Below the pieces are notes generated by a model that was not told the DNA's origin, did no database searches, and was given only the letters and a program-made list of their open reading frames with translations. The translations under genes were made by a program, and so were the position numbers. Positions 26,154 to 35,146 of a DNA stretch of 64,000 bases are shown here, piece by piece. The DNA lies in IMG/VR virus record IMGVR_UViG_3300046542_000361, one strand, 5' to 3'. Position 1 is the first letter of the stretch. Each line of letters opens with the position of its first letter. The stretch comes from a virus (Duplodnaviria > Heunggongvirae > Uroviricota > Caudoviricetes).

Positions 26154-27716
26154 TCAGCCGTTGGGCTTCAGGCCATGCTTGTCGAAGAGCTTCTTCAGGG
26201 TCTTGCGGCAGATATGCAGCTCAGCCTCGATCGCGCGGTTCGACTTGCCTTCGCCGTGCAGCTTGAGTGCGAGCGCCTTCTTGTCAGGCTTGTGACCGGT
26301 TGCCTGGTTGAGCATGTCTTCGCCGGCCTTCATGACATCAGCCATCTTCGGCGCAGGCTTCTTAACCTCGGCTCTCTTCGCGGGAACCGCCGAGGCAGCG
26401 TTGATCGCAGCGCTCATGTCGCCGCTCATCGCAGCCTCATTGACGTCGACCTTCTTGCCGTCGACGTGCAGATCGCCAGCAATCATCTGGACGTGGCTCT
26501 TGGTGATCTCGCCTTCGGGCGCAGGTGCATCCGGGGCGGCCGCCTTGACGGCAACGCGCAGCTCTTGGATCGTCACGACCGGCTTCTTCTCCCCGTGATC
26601 GAGTGCCCTGGCCTCGCCGGACGTGCCAGCGACGATATCCGGTGCCTGCTCGATCAACTGCGTGATCGTCACGTCACCGCCCTTTGCAGCGCCGATGCGA
26701 ACCTCTTCGAGCACCGGAACGTGATTGCCGGTGATCGCGTCAGCGAGCAGCTTGGACGCAGCGTTGTCCTTCGTCATCGGCAGGTTCGAACGCAGCATGT
26801 CGTGGACGTTCTTCGGCACTTCGCCGACAATGTGGTAGGTCGCGACACGCATCTTGTCTGGCTCGCCCATTGGCACAGCGATGACGTCCTCGGGTGCGAT
26901 CTTCACCAGCATGATCGTATCGCCGCTAAAGTCCTTGAGGTAGCCGCGGCGCGCGATGTGCAGGCCGGAGGAGCATTGCGTGCGCCGGCTCGGATCGACC
27001 AGTTTCGGATCCATGCAGACGCGCGAGCCGACGCGCTGGACGACTTTTCCCGAGTGCTTGTCGACGACCACCTTCTTGCCGTCGACAATTTTGGTTGTCA
27101 GCACCTTATAGGCAATGATCGAGCCGTCCTTTGCGATCGGCAGGTCGCCTTTGCGCATGAAGTTGAGCAGCTCCTGAACCGAGTGCCCCTTCTTATCGAT
27201 GACAGACGCGCAGCGCCGCATGAAGTTTTCGACGCCTTCGGTATCGCCGGCCTCGAGCGCGTGCTCCATGTGCGTGCTGAGAGCTTCGACGCCGGGCACC
27301 TTCTTATCGCCGATAATCGCGACAACGACTTCCTCCTCGGGACCAGCCGTCGGCACCCCGTATGTGTGGTTGCCGTAGCTGCCGTCATTGACGGTCGCGG
27401 TCTGGGTGAAGGCCTCGACATTCTTGGAAGCTTCGTCTTCGGCAGCCGGCTTGAACCAGCTCCGGACAGAGGCGACTTTCTCACGCACAAAGCGGATCAG
27501 GCCGCCCGAGCGCTCTTCGATATGGGCGTGAACGTCAAAGGTGTCGAGGTCGATCTCAACCTTCTGGCGCTTTGCGATGAACGGCGTCACCTTGTCCATG
27601 ATCGCCTTCGTCTTCCAGCCCTCGAGCGCCAGGTTCGTTTCCTTACCGTCTGCGTGATAGAGGGTGATGCCTTTGGCGCCTGCGATAGCGCCGACGATGA
27701 TTACAGTCCTGCTCAT
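26154..27716 (-). CDS. rIIB-like protein (putative); 520 aa with C-terminal HTH (…GKSNRAIEAELHICRKTLKKLF…)
   Basis: Translationally coupled (ATGA) to the upstream GHKL ATPase, as in rIIA-rIIB pairs. No catalytic motifs recognised. Confidence 0.35.
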   Translation of the reverse strand: MSRTVIIVGAIAGAKGITLYHADGKETNLALEGWKTKAIMDKVTPFIAKRQKVEIDLDTFDVHAHIEERSGGLIRFVREKVASVRSWFKPAAEDEASKNVEAFTQTATVNDGSYGNHTYGVPTAGPEEEVVVAIIGDKKVPGVEALSTHMEHALEAGDTEGVENFMRRCASVIDKKGHSVQELLNFMRKGDLPIAKDGSIIAYKVLTTKIVDGKKVVVDKHSGKVVQRVGSRVCMDPKLVDPSRRTQCSSGLHIARRGYLKDFSGDTIMLVKIAPEDVIAVPMGEPDKMRVATYHIVGEVPKNVHDMLRSNLPMTKDNAASKLLADAITGNHVPVLEEVRIGAAKGGDVTITQLIEQAPDIVAGTSGEARALDHGEKKPVVTIQELRVAVKAAAPDAPAPEGEITKSHVQMIAGDLHVDGKKVDVNEAAMSGDMSAAINAASAVPAKRAEVKKPAPKMADVMKAGEDMLNQATGHKPDKKALALKLHGEGKSNRAIEAELHICRKTLKKLFDKHGLKPNG

Positions 27717-30091
27717 GCTGCCTCCTTGATGGTGTTGGCTGCGTTGTCGTTGCGAGAAGTCAATTTTGATTTACTACCGGAGCGTTGCAAAAAGCGGATG
27801 AATGCCAGCAACTGCTCCTTCTTCGGTTCGGGGAGAGATTTGCCCTCTTCGATCCATGCGGAGTCGACCAAGACGCCAAGATAGCCGAGCCTCTTGGCGC
27901 AATCCTTTTGGCTGACGAGCAGGTGCTTGAACGTTTCGAGCGCGTTCCGACCAATGAGAGAAATCAGACCGACAGGATGCTCGACACCTTGCCATTCAAG
28001 ACCCTGGCTTCCAGTCGGGAATGTTTCGATGATCTTGATCAGCCGCTTGGCGAGCTTCCAGTTTTCGCCGACCTTGACGCGATCAGGGAAGATGGCCTTG
28101 GCCACATCGATGTGCATTTTCGCCAGATCGACCGCAGTTGCGCCGACAGGCTGGTCAAATCTATCCCTTCGTTCGACGAAGAGCTTGCGGTCGACCATGT
28201 AGCCATATTGGACCTCGCGGCTCTTCACCATCTTCGCAAGGCGTGCGCTCAGCTCCTCGATGATGTTGACGGCGCCGGCTTTGCGCAGCTTCTCTTCCTG
28301 GGCCTTTGTCGTAACGATCGCCACGCCCGGATAGAGATCCTTCAGCGTATAGCGGGCGCTGTAATCGTCGATGCCGACGAGCATCTTGTTGTCGTGCGTT
28401 CTGGCGCGCATGAAGAACTTCGGATTTTGGAGCTCTGGCGCCAGAACGTTTCGATCTTCCATGTAGTTGTCGAGATTGTGGTATTTCTCGTCGTCCGTGT
28501 TCTTGACACGCACGACCTTGGGCTTCTCCCATTCGAAGTCGTAGCTCTCGACCTCGAACTTGAAGGTCTCAGCCATCTTCTCGATGCGCTGGAGCAGATC
28601 CCTTGACGGCTTGGCGCCGACGACAAGGCCGACGAAGAATGACTCGTCGCGATCGGTCGGATCATCCTTCATGCCGACGATCATCGAGGTCAACTCGCGC
28701 CGGTTGGGCGCAACGAAGAGGATTGGCTCGACACTGCCGCTGTTGTTCAAGCCCTCGCGAATGGACGTCATACGCTTGGCACCGCCGAACTCCTCGTTGT
28801 TATCGTAGATCATGGCGCCGTCGAGCAGCTTGAGCTTGGCTGCAAGCTTCACGAAACGCCGGAAGTCGTAGCGCTGCTGCGCGAGGTCGAATGTCAGGCC
28901 CTCCCGGAAGGCTCTTCGGAGCGGCGCGCGCATATCAAAGTGCTTCTTGCGCAGACCGGCAAACAGGTATTTTCGGCGCAGGTTAAGCGGCAGGCGATCA
29001 GGCTTGCACTTGACCGCGTAGGCGGCAATCTCTTGCGGATCAATGACGATCAAGCCTTCGAGCCGCGGCGGATAGACGGAAAGAATGTTTTTCTCGTTCG
29101 GACTGGTTAGGTCATGCTTTTCGGCAAGGAGCGTGACGAACTTTTTGCCGGCGCCCGGAATTGCGGCCTCGATAACGTTGGTCGCGCGTTTCAGCAGCTT
29201 GAGAACCGTCGCCATCGTTAACTCGGTGTAGTTGAGGGATTCACGGCTCGGCGTGACGCCGATGCTGTTTGGAGGAGCGATGAGCACCAGCTTGTAGCCT
29301 TCGCCGATCAGGCTTGCTGCCTTCTTTGCGGCCTCATAGACATGCGTGTCGGTCGTCGTCACCGGATAGAGCACTGTGCCATAGAGCAGATAGACGGCTG
29401 ACTCGTGCATTCCCGAGTGAGCAATTGTGCAGAAACCCTGCTTGCGCGCCGGCGTGTAATCGACGCGCCGCAATTCTTCGCCGTTCAGCTTGACGAGCAT
29501 ACCGCCCTGATAGGCGACGCTGCGAATGATCTGGGACAGCTCATATCGATCGCTCTTGTCGCGCAGCGGGATCGTGACGGTGACGCCGGTCTCGTCGGTC
29601 GGAAGATTTTCGACCATCGGTCGGATCTCGGGGCGACCTTCAGTCGACGCGCCGCCTTTGCTGAGTGCATAGACGTTGCGCAGGCCGGCGTTTCGGCTAT
29701 CGACCGTGAAGTGGTCTGTGTAGGCGAAGGGCGACTTGGAACCGAGGCCAAAACCACCTGTCTGATTTGCGTCCTTGACCTTCGTCGATGCGCCATAGAC
29801 GCAGTAGATGTGGTCGATCAAGCGGTCGGGAATACCAGGGCCGAAATCCTTGAAGATGATCTCGTCGTCCGTCAGGCTGATTTCAACGTGCTTATCGGTG
29901 CAGCCGCCCATGATATGCGCGTCCCAGCCGTTGCAGATGACTTCGCGGATCATGGCGCGCTTGCCGTCGCGATAGATCGCCGAGGACAGCATTCCATAGA
30001 ACTCAACCGAATCCGCTATGCCGAACGATCGAGCCACACCACCGCCAATAACGGCGTGCGTGTCGACCTCTTTAACGTGCGATACCTGCAT
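27713..30091 (-). CDS. GHKL / Hsp90-like ATPase, rIIA-like (putative)
   Basis: Bergerat-fold motifs: N-box REVICNGWDAH, G1 KDFGPGIP, G2 TGGFGLGSKSPFAYTDHFTVDS. 792 aa. RBS AAAGGAAG. Confidence 0.55.
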   Translation of the reverse strand: MQVSHVKEVDTHAVIGGGVARSFGIADSVEFYGMLSSAIYRDGKRAMIREVICNGWDAHIMGGCTDKHVEISLTDDEIIFKDFGPGIPDRLIDHIYCVYGASTKVKDANQTGGFGLGSKSPFAYTDHFTVDSRNAGLRNVYALSKGGASTEGRPEIRPMVENLPTDETGVTVTIPLRDKSDRYELSQIIRSVAYQGGMLVKLNGEELRRVDYTPARKQGFCTIAHSGMHESAVYLLYGTVLYPVTTTDTHVYEAAKKAASLIGEGYKLVLIAPPNSIGVTPSRESLNYTELTMATVLKLLKRATNVIEAAIPGAGKKFVTLLAEKHDLTSPNEKNILSVYPPRLEGLIVIDPQEIAAYAVKCKPDRLPLNLRRKYLFAGLRKKHFDMRAPLRRAFREGLTFDLAQQRYDFRRFVKLAAKLKLLDGAMIYDNNEEFGGAKRMTSIREGLNNSGSVEPILFVAPNRRELTSMIVGMKDDPTDRDESFFVGLVVGAKPSRDLLQRIEKMAETFKFEVESYDFEWEKPKVVRVKNTDDEKYHNLDNYMEDRNVLAPELQNPKFFMRARTHDNKMLVGIDDYSARYTLKDLYPGVAIVTTKAQEEKLRKAGAVNIIEELSARLAKMVKSREVQYGYMVDRKLFVERRDRFDQPVGATAVDLAKMHIDVAKAIFPDRVKVGENWKLAKRLIKIIETFPTGSQGLEWQGVEHPVGLISLIGRNALETFKHLLVSQKDCAKRLGYLGVLVDSAWIEEGKSLPEPKKEQLLAFIRFLQRSGSKSKLTSRNDNAANTIKEAA

Positions 30092-30124
30092 TTCTGTCTT
30101 CCTTTCGTGTCGACCGTTGTTCGA

Positions 30125-30146
30125 TCAATCAATATTTACTGAATAG
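30125..30146 (-). promoter_or_regulatory. conserved operon-upstream motif copy (CAATCAATATTTACTGAATAGC) about 35 nt upstream of the rIIA-like gene start
   Basis: One of about 20 related copies; see findings. Confidence 0.5.
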
Positions 30147-30185
30147 CACGCGCGCAGACGGGATGCGCGCGGCTTTATCAGGCAG

Positions 30186-30806
30186 TCAGTGCATGCCGAC
30201 GCTCTGTTTCAGATCGTCAATGTCGTCCATCCGCTCAACGATTTGCTGGGCGATGAAGTCGACCCGCTGCTGCAACGGCATGACCGGCACCAGTGCGTAG
30301 TTGAGCTCCTGATGGATCTGCGACACGGCGCCATGAATAAGGGCGTGAATGTGCAGCTGGAAGGCGGGATTGGCCGTCGGCGTCGCCTTGGTCGTGTCGA
30401 CTTCATAGACCTTGAGCGGATCCATGACGAAAACCATGTCGTAGTAGGTCTTCGTGACGTCGAGGCACTTCTCAGCGAACGCATGGGCGGCGAGCAGCGT
30501 TGTGTCGCTCGTATCCTTATGCGAGGTCATGCCGAACTGCGCCAGCGTGTAGGCGAAGTAGTCGAGCGGTGTGCGGTCGGTAATGAGCGGCCGCGGAGCT
30601 GCGTTCAGCTTCTCGACGTGATCCTCGAGAACGAGGATCTGCATCGCCAGCCGGTCGGTGAGGCTCATTTCACCAACGGGATTGAAGCCGAACTTCTTGG
30701 CGACGTCGAACGAGGAGTCGAGAAACTCGATGCCGAGCTGTTCAGCAAGGAGTTTCGCGGCCGTCGTCTTGCCGGAGCGGTGAGTGCCACAAACGCCATA
30801 CAGCAT
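30186..30806 (-). CDS. P-loop nucleotide kinase (possible dNMP kinase)
   Basis: Walker A GTHRSGKTT near the N-terminus. 206 aa. Confidence 0.5.
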   Translation of the reverse strand: MLYGVCGTHRSGKTTAAKLLAEQLGIEFLDSSFDVAKKFGFNPVGEMSLTDRLAMQILVLEDHVEKLNAAPRPLITDRTPLDYFAYTLAQFGMTSHKDTSDTTLLAAHAFAEKCLDVTKTYYDMVFVMDPLKVYEVDTTKATPTANPAFQLHIHALIHGAVSQIHQELNYALVPVMPLQQRVDFIAQQIVERMDDIDDLKQSVGMH

Positions 30807-31270
30807 CAGGCGGCCATTCCGGTCGAGCCGAAACCCTTCTCGCCGCGGCCTGTATTGCTCAGCTCCTTCTTCTCGATGAAATTCACCGGAATGTAGGTCG
30901 CGAAGATGAGCTGAGCGATGCGCTCGCCGTGCTTGACGACAAACGGCTTGTCCGACGTGTTGTGCAGGATCACGCCGACGTCACCGCGATAGTCGCTGTC
31001 GATTACACCGCCGAGGATAGCGATGCCGTTCTTATAGGCGAGCCCGGAGCGGCCGCGGACCTCTGCCCACATGCCGGTGATCATTTCGACGGCAATGCCG
31101 GTCTTGAACAGCTTGCTCTCGCCGGGATCGAGCACATACTCGACGTGCTCGATGTGGCTTTCGCCGAAGGTCGCCTTGAGGTTTGCGACGAGGTCGGCGC
31201 CGGCTGCGTGGGGCGTGCCGTAGGTCGGCACAACGGCGTCGGGGTGGAGTTTCTTGAAGTTGATTCTCAT
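30806..31270 (-). CDS. dut: dUTP diphosphatase
   Basis: dUTPase motifs AGADL, GRSGLA, GVIDSDYRG and RGEKGFGSTG. Confidence 0.9.
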   Translation of the reverse strand: MRINFKKLHPDAVVPTYGTPHAAGADLVANLKATFGESHIEHVEYVLDPGESKLFKTGIAVEMITGMWAEVRGRSGLAYKNGIAILGGVIDSDYRGDVGVILHNTSDKPFVVKHGERIAQLIFATYIPVNFIEKKELSNTGRGEKGFGSTGMAA

Positions 31271-31479
31271 GCTTGTTCTCCAAAGAGGGCGTGGATTGCA
31301 GCCTCGGCAACGGACTGCGTGATCACCTCGATCGCTGCTTCCTTCGCCGCGTCAGGCGTTTCGAAGGGGCCGTAGAGCGCGCTCGACGGCTGGATGGCGT
31401 AATAGTAGCCAACGCCTGCTTCCTGCGCGACGTAGTGATCGATGTGGATCTTGAGTATGGGGTTCTCGATGCTGTCCAT
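31267..31479 (-). CDS. hypothetical small protein
   Basis: RBS AAGGAG. ATGA coupling to dut. Confidence 0.55.
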   Translation of the reverse strand: MDSIENPILKIHIDHYVAQEAGVGYYYAIQPSSALYGPFETPDAAKEAAIEVITQSVAEAAIHALFGEQA

Positions 31480-31500
31480 GACAGGCTCCTTAAACGAAAA

Positions 31501-31530
31501 AGACTAGTCAATCAATGTTTATTGACTAGT
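31501..31530 (-). promoter_or_regulatory. motif copy with perfect 10-bp dyad GACTAGTCAA-tcaatgttta-TTGACTAGTC
   Basis: Between the SPFH gene end and the start of the 31479 gene. Confidence 0.5.
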
Positions 31531-31561
31531 CTTAGAGCAAAAATATGTGGGTTGCTAGCGC

Positions 31562-32416
31562 TTATTTGATGTTGAGAAAGGGAGTAGCGCTGCCCGGAAT
31601 GAAGCTCGTCGGCAACTTGCCATCCCAGCGTTCAGCCTTCGTCAGTTCGACCAGGTTCGGCGACTGTGCCAGGGCGTCAGATTTCGCCTTGATCGCAGAT
31701 GCTTCGGCGTCGCCTTGAAGTCTCACGGCCTCGGCATTGGCCTTCGCTGTGGCAAGCTGACTGTCAGCTGCAGCCTGGGCCTGGGTGACGGCGACCTGGG
31801 CAAGCACCTTCTCGCGTTCCAGCTTCTGCTTTTCCGTCTGGACCAGCATTTCAGCCTGGGCACGTTGTTCGGCCGCAGCCTCGACGGCGTCGGAGAAGTT
31901 GATGTTCTCGATGTTGACGCCTTCGATCTTGACCAGGCCGACGCCGAGATCAGCGATCGCCTTTGCCACTTCCGTGTTCAAGCGCCCACGCTCCCGGATC
32001 GCCGTGTCAGCGGTGAATGTGCCGAAGACGTTCTTGATCTGCTCGCGGATCTGTCGCTTGAGCGCTCGGGTCTCGATGCCTTCGAGCGTCTGGAAGTCGC
32101 GATAGAGCGCCTCGATTTCCTTGTCAGCCGGCACGGCCGCGTAGTTGACGGAGAAGGTCACATTGGCAGTCTGCCGATCGGCCGTGTAGACGGGCTCTTC
32201 GGGAAACTCGAGCGCCTGGGTGCGGACGCTGATGATGTGCGCGTCATCGAGGAACGGCTTTTTCCAGTGGAAGCCCGGCCCGGCGACGCTGCCAATCTTG
32301 CCTTGGCTGACGATGACGGCGCGCTCGCCTTCGTCGACAGTGTAGAACGAGCCGCCCAACACGAACAGCACGAGAACGGCGATAAACCCGCCGACGATAA
32401 GACCAACCTTACCCAT
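31562..32416 (-). CDS. SPFH / band-7 (prohibitin / HflC-like) membrane protein
   Basis: N-terminal TM helix, SPFH core (…YTVDEGERAVIV…), long C-terminal Ala/Gln-rich coiled coil. Confidence 0.75.
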   Translation of the reverse strand: MGKVGLIVGGFIAVLVLFVLGGSFYTVDEGERAVIVSQGKIGSVAGPGFHWKKPFLDDAHIISVRTQALEFPEEPVYTADRQTANVTFSVNYAAVPADKEIEALYRDFQTLEGIETRALKRQIREQIKNVFGTFTADTAIRERGRLNTEVAKAIADLGVGLVKIEGVNIENINFSDAVEAAAEQRAQAEMLVQTEKQKLEREKVLAQVAVTQAQAAADSQLATAKANAEAVRLQGDAEASAIKAKSDALAQSPNLVELTKAERWDGKLPTSFIPGSATPFLNIK

Positions 32417-32535
32417 TAGTTCTTTTCTCCTTTTGAGTTATCCATACGATTACGGATGAGATCGAGCGCCTTGATGACGCCCAGTGAAACGATGACGGCG
32501 ACGACGAGGGCGCCGAGAGTGGTCAGCAACAACAT
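32416..32535 (-). CDS. small membrane peptide, 39 aa (MLLLTTLGALVVAVIVSLGVIKALD…)
   Basis: Not in the ORF track. RBS GGAGG. Stop overlaps the SPFH ATG (TAATG). Confidence 0.5.
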   Translation of the reverse strand: MLLLTTLGALVVAVIVSLGVIKALDLIRNRMDNSKGEKN

Positions 32536-32546
32536 CAGTGCCTCCT

Positions 32547-32813
32547 TCAGTAGAGGCGAACGGTGTAGGCTTTCAGGAAGCCACCGCAGATAACGCCCTC
32601 GACGCGCCGGCCGCTTGCGGCAGTGGCGACGAACTCGGTGTTATAGGTGTCGCCCTTCGAGCAGCCGAACCACGAGCCGCCCTTGAGCTGGATATCCTTC
32701 ATGCCGTTGTCTGCGAGGATGCGATATGCATCCTGCGGATCGACAGCGCACGAGGACGCAAGAGCGACGGCAGCGATTGCGGCGCCGGCGAGAATGGTCT
32801 TTCTGAGAAACAC
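32547..32813 (-). CDS. small lipoprotein / secreted protein (signal peptide, …ALASSC)
   Basis: GTG start with RBS CAGGAGCA. Signal peptide read in the translation. Confidence 0.5.
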   Translation of the reverse strand: MFLRKTILAGAAIAAVALASSCAVDPQDAYRILADNGMKDIQLKGGSWFGCSKGDTYNTEFVATAASGRRVEGVICGGFLKAYTVRLY

Positions 32814-32911
32814 GGAATGCTCCTGATTGTTAGAGGAAGAGGCAGATCACGCCGGCAATCGCCAGCGTGTATCCGAGAAGCTCGAGGCGGCGATGCAGCC
32901 TCAGATCACGT

Positions 32912-33901
32912 TCACGCTGCGTCACGGACGTATTCACCCGGCAGCGTCTTGCGATATTGGATCCAGCCAGGGCCGAGATTGCCGGCCAGGTGCGGGTTAT
33001 TCCACTGGTAGAACGACCGTCGCTGTGACGGGCCGCGACTTGCGTCCACACAGATCGCACCGGTGTCTGGCGTTGCCTGGTGCTCGGCCGGCGATGCGTG
33101 CAGCGGCGAGGAGCCTACGAGAAGCTCGTAGCGCTCCAGCTCTTTTTCGATCGAGGCATCGCCGTCGAAGGGCTTGTAGGAGATACGGGCACAGCGAGCG
33201 ACGGAGAGCTTCTTGAGGTAGTCAATCGTCGGGTGCGTCGTTTCCGGATAGGGCTCGAGATAATCCTCGACCATCGCGATATCATCCTGCGTGACATAAG
33301 GCAGGTGCCATTCACCGGGCCGCAGGCCGCGGATCGGCGTGTGCTCGATCGCCTCGCGGATCAGCTTGGCGAGATCCTGGAAGTGCGGCTCGGCAGCCTG
33401 GTGATCACGCAGATGCATGAAGTTTGCCCAGTCGGTCGAGGTGATCAGCGTGTCGATCCAGGAGAACGGCTCGATCAGACGATTGGCGATCTGCTTGTGA
33501 TAGCCGGCGTTGGAGAACGCTTCAGCGGCTTCAACCGCATGATCACGCTGGTCGAGCCATGCGCCTTCGCGCGAAAAGGTGAGGTCGGAATTGGGGCAAT
33601 CCTCATCCCCGCGAATAATCACCGGCTCGTCGCATTCCGCGCCGGCCTGCATGCCCTTCTGATTTGCACCCCAATGCCAGGGAACGAAGGGCGTCTCGCG
33701 GATTTCCTTCAGCATCGTCGCAACCGGCACGGCGCGCGAGGAGCGAGCATTCCGGCTGAAGACGCGATGCGTCATGATCTCGGCGTGGATGATGCGCGGG
33801 TAGCGCGCATGAATGGTGAAGATCGGCGGCACGTTATCGCCGGGACCAGGCATCGGCGCGGACGCTGCGATGACCTTCACGAACATTTGGTCTTTCGACA
33901 T
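32912..33901 (-). CDS. thyX: flavin-dependent thymidylate synthase
   Basis: ThyX signature RHR…S.R (IMTHRVFSRNARSSRA). 329 aa. RBS AAGGAAT. Confidence 0.85.
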   Translation of the reverse strand: MSKDQMFVKVIAASAPMPGPGDNVPPIFTIHARYPRIIHAEIMTHRVFSRNARSSRAVPVATMLKEIRETPFVPWHWGANQKGMQAGAECDEPVIIRGDEDCPNSDLTFSREGAWLDQRDHAVEAAEAFSNAGYHKQIANRLIEPFSWIDTLITSTDWANFMHLRDHQAAEPHFQDLAKLIREAIEHTPIRGLRPGEWHLPYVTQDDIAMVEDYLEPYPETTHPTIDYLKKLSVARCARISYKPFDGDASIEKELERYELLVGSSPLHASPAEHQATPDTGAICVDASRGPSQRRSFYQWNNPHLAGNLGPGWIQYRKTLPGEYVRDAA

Positions 33902-33909
33902 GGGATTCC

Positions 33910-34110
33910 TTACTGGCTGAGAAGGCGACGGGAGATTTCGAGAAGCTCATCCTCGGTGCCGCCGCGCTCGATATCGAAGACCTGATGGCACTGGTCTGCC
34001 AGGTTGCGCATTTCGGCGTAGGTGAGCTTCTGGATGAGGCCGGCGATATGCTTCAGCCGGTCGCCGGGGCGGTCGTCCTCAGTCTTCGGCGTTATTCTGC
34101 GTTCGTTCAC
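33910..34110 (-). CDS. hypothetical small protein (GTG start)
   Basis: The track ORF is trimmed to a GTG with RBS GGAG to limit overlap with the 34079 gene. Confidence 0.4.
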   Translation of the reverse strand: MNERRITPKTEDDRPGDRLKHIAGLIQKLTYAEMRNLADQCHQVFDIERGGTEDELLEISRRLLSQ

Positions 34111-34273
34111 GGATGCTCCTTTCAAGTTCGCCCGCGAGCGCGTGCCGATAGCTCGAGCCGCGGACATTACCGTTGATGAATTGTCTGGTTGCGTCCTCGC
34201 GCAGCCAGGTGATCGTTTCCTTCAAGTCGACCGGGAGGAGGGGCCTTAGATTAGGAACGATCACCTGGCTCAT
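34079..34273 (-). CDS. hypothetical small protein
   Basis: ATGA coupling with the 34270 gene. Confidence 0.45.
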   Translation of the reverse strand: MSQVIVPNLRPLLPVDLKETITWLREDATRQFINGNVRGSSYRHALAGELERSIRERTQNNAED

Positions 34274-34548
34274 GCGACCCTCGGGCCAGGGGCGTCGGAG
34301 AGCTCGAGGGAAACGCGGACGTTGTATTCGACGCCGTTGTGCTTGAACGTCGCCTGGATCATCTTCTCGGTGGCGAGAAAGCCACGAATAAGCTTCTGAT
34401 CGGTGTTCACCACGTCGAGGACGCGATCGACGATAGCCTTGGTGCTATCGAGCAGACGACACTCGGCCTCGGTGATGTCGATCTTGGTCGGTGTCGGCGC
34501 CAGTGCGGCCTTGCGGCGCTCCGGGAACTGAAGAATTGCGGCTGACAT
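34270..34548 (-). CDS. hypothetical protein
   Basis: RBS GAGGAGA. The motif overlaps the RBS at 34558-34586. Confidence 0.55.
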   Translation of the reverse strand: MSAAILQFPERRKAALAPTPTKIDITEAECRLLDSTKAIVDRVLDVVNTDQKLIRGFLATEKMIQATFKHNGVEYNVRVSLELSDAPGPRVA

Positions 34549-34641
34549 GCTGTCTCCTCAATCAATGTTGACTTATGGTTGAAAAGGGATGATCGGTGTG
34601 AGCCGACTTTCAGCAGCGATTACGCTCTAACTGTCATCCAT

Positions 34642-34742
34642 CCCTTATGTGAAGCGTCCGATCCAATGAGCTATTGGCTCACCCATCTTCGCCGTCGCCA
34701 ACTACAACCGACCTCTCGGCCGTCAGACGCTTCACATAAGGG
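34642..34742 (-). ncRNA. candidate structured small RNA: 17-bp perfect inverted repeat (CCCTTATGTGAAGCGTC … GACGCTTCACATAAGGG) around a ~66 nt loop
   Basis: Lies in a 370-nt ORF-free gap. A conserved motif copy sits on each side (34858-34897 and 34558-34586); the former is placed to read into the hairpin on the minus strand. Confidence 0.4.
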
Positions 34743-34924
34743 CCGGGCTTATTTTCTGACGATCCCGGCTCGTCTTGGTTAATCAATTTGGACTGTTTCC
34801 GACGATCACTTAGATGAGCTTCATTGGCACCTCGTCGTTCGTTTTGCTGCGCTTGCGTTCAATCAACATTTACTTACTAGCAAGCGCAGCGATGGGACTC
34901 AAGTGAGAAAATAGAGAATCTGCA

Positions 34925-35146
34925 TTACGCCAGATATTTTCTCAGCGCGTCGAAACCACCGACATGCGTGTCGCCATCCCAAACCTGCGGGAAGGTGTCG
35001 GCGCCGGTGCGGTCTTTGAAGGCGAGCTGCTCCTCACGGGTGGCAAGGTGCTCTTCTTCGAACTCGACGCCACGGACGGCCAGGTGCGCTTTCGCACGCC
35101 TGCACCACTTGCAATCGGGGCGGCTGACGATTTTCCAGCCCATCAT
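34925..35146 (-). CDS. nrdH: glutaredoxin-like NrdH
   Basis: CKWC redox motif. 73 aa. ATGA-coupled to nrdJ. Confidence 0.8.
   Translation of the reverse strand: MMGWKIVSRPDCKWCRRAKAHLAVRGVEFEEEHLATREEQLAFKDRTGADTFPQVWDGDTHVGGFDALRKYLA

Noticed and set aside
27713-30091. GHKL ATPase as a type II topoisomerase (GyrB / gp39-like) subunit
   Set aside because: The Bergerat boxes are Hsp90 / histidine-kinase-like rather than GyrB-like. No Toprim or GyrA-like partner is adjacent. An rIIA-like assignment fits the gene pair better.
32830-33060. 76-aa minus-strand ORF
   Set aside because: Lies mostly inside the 3' end of thyX in another frame with no RBS. Likely spurious.
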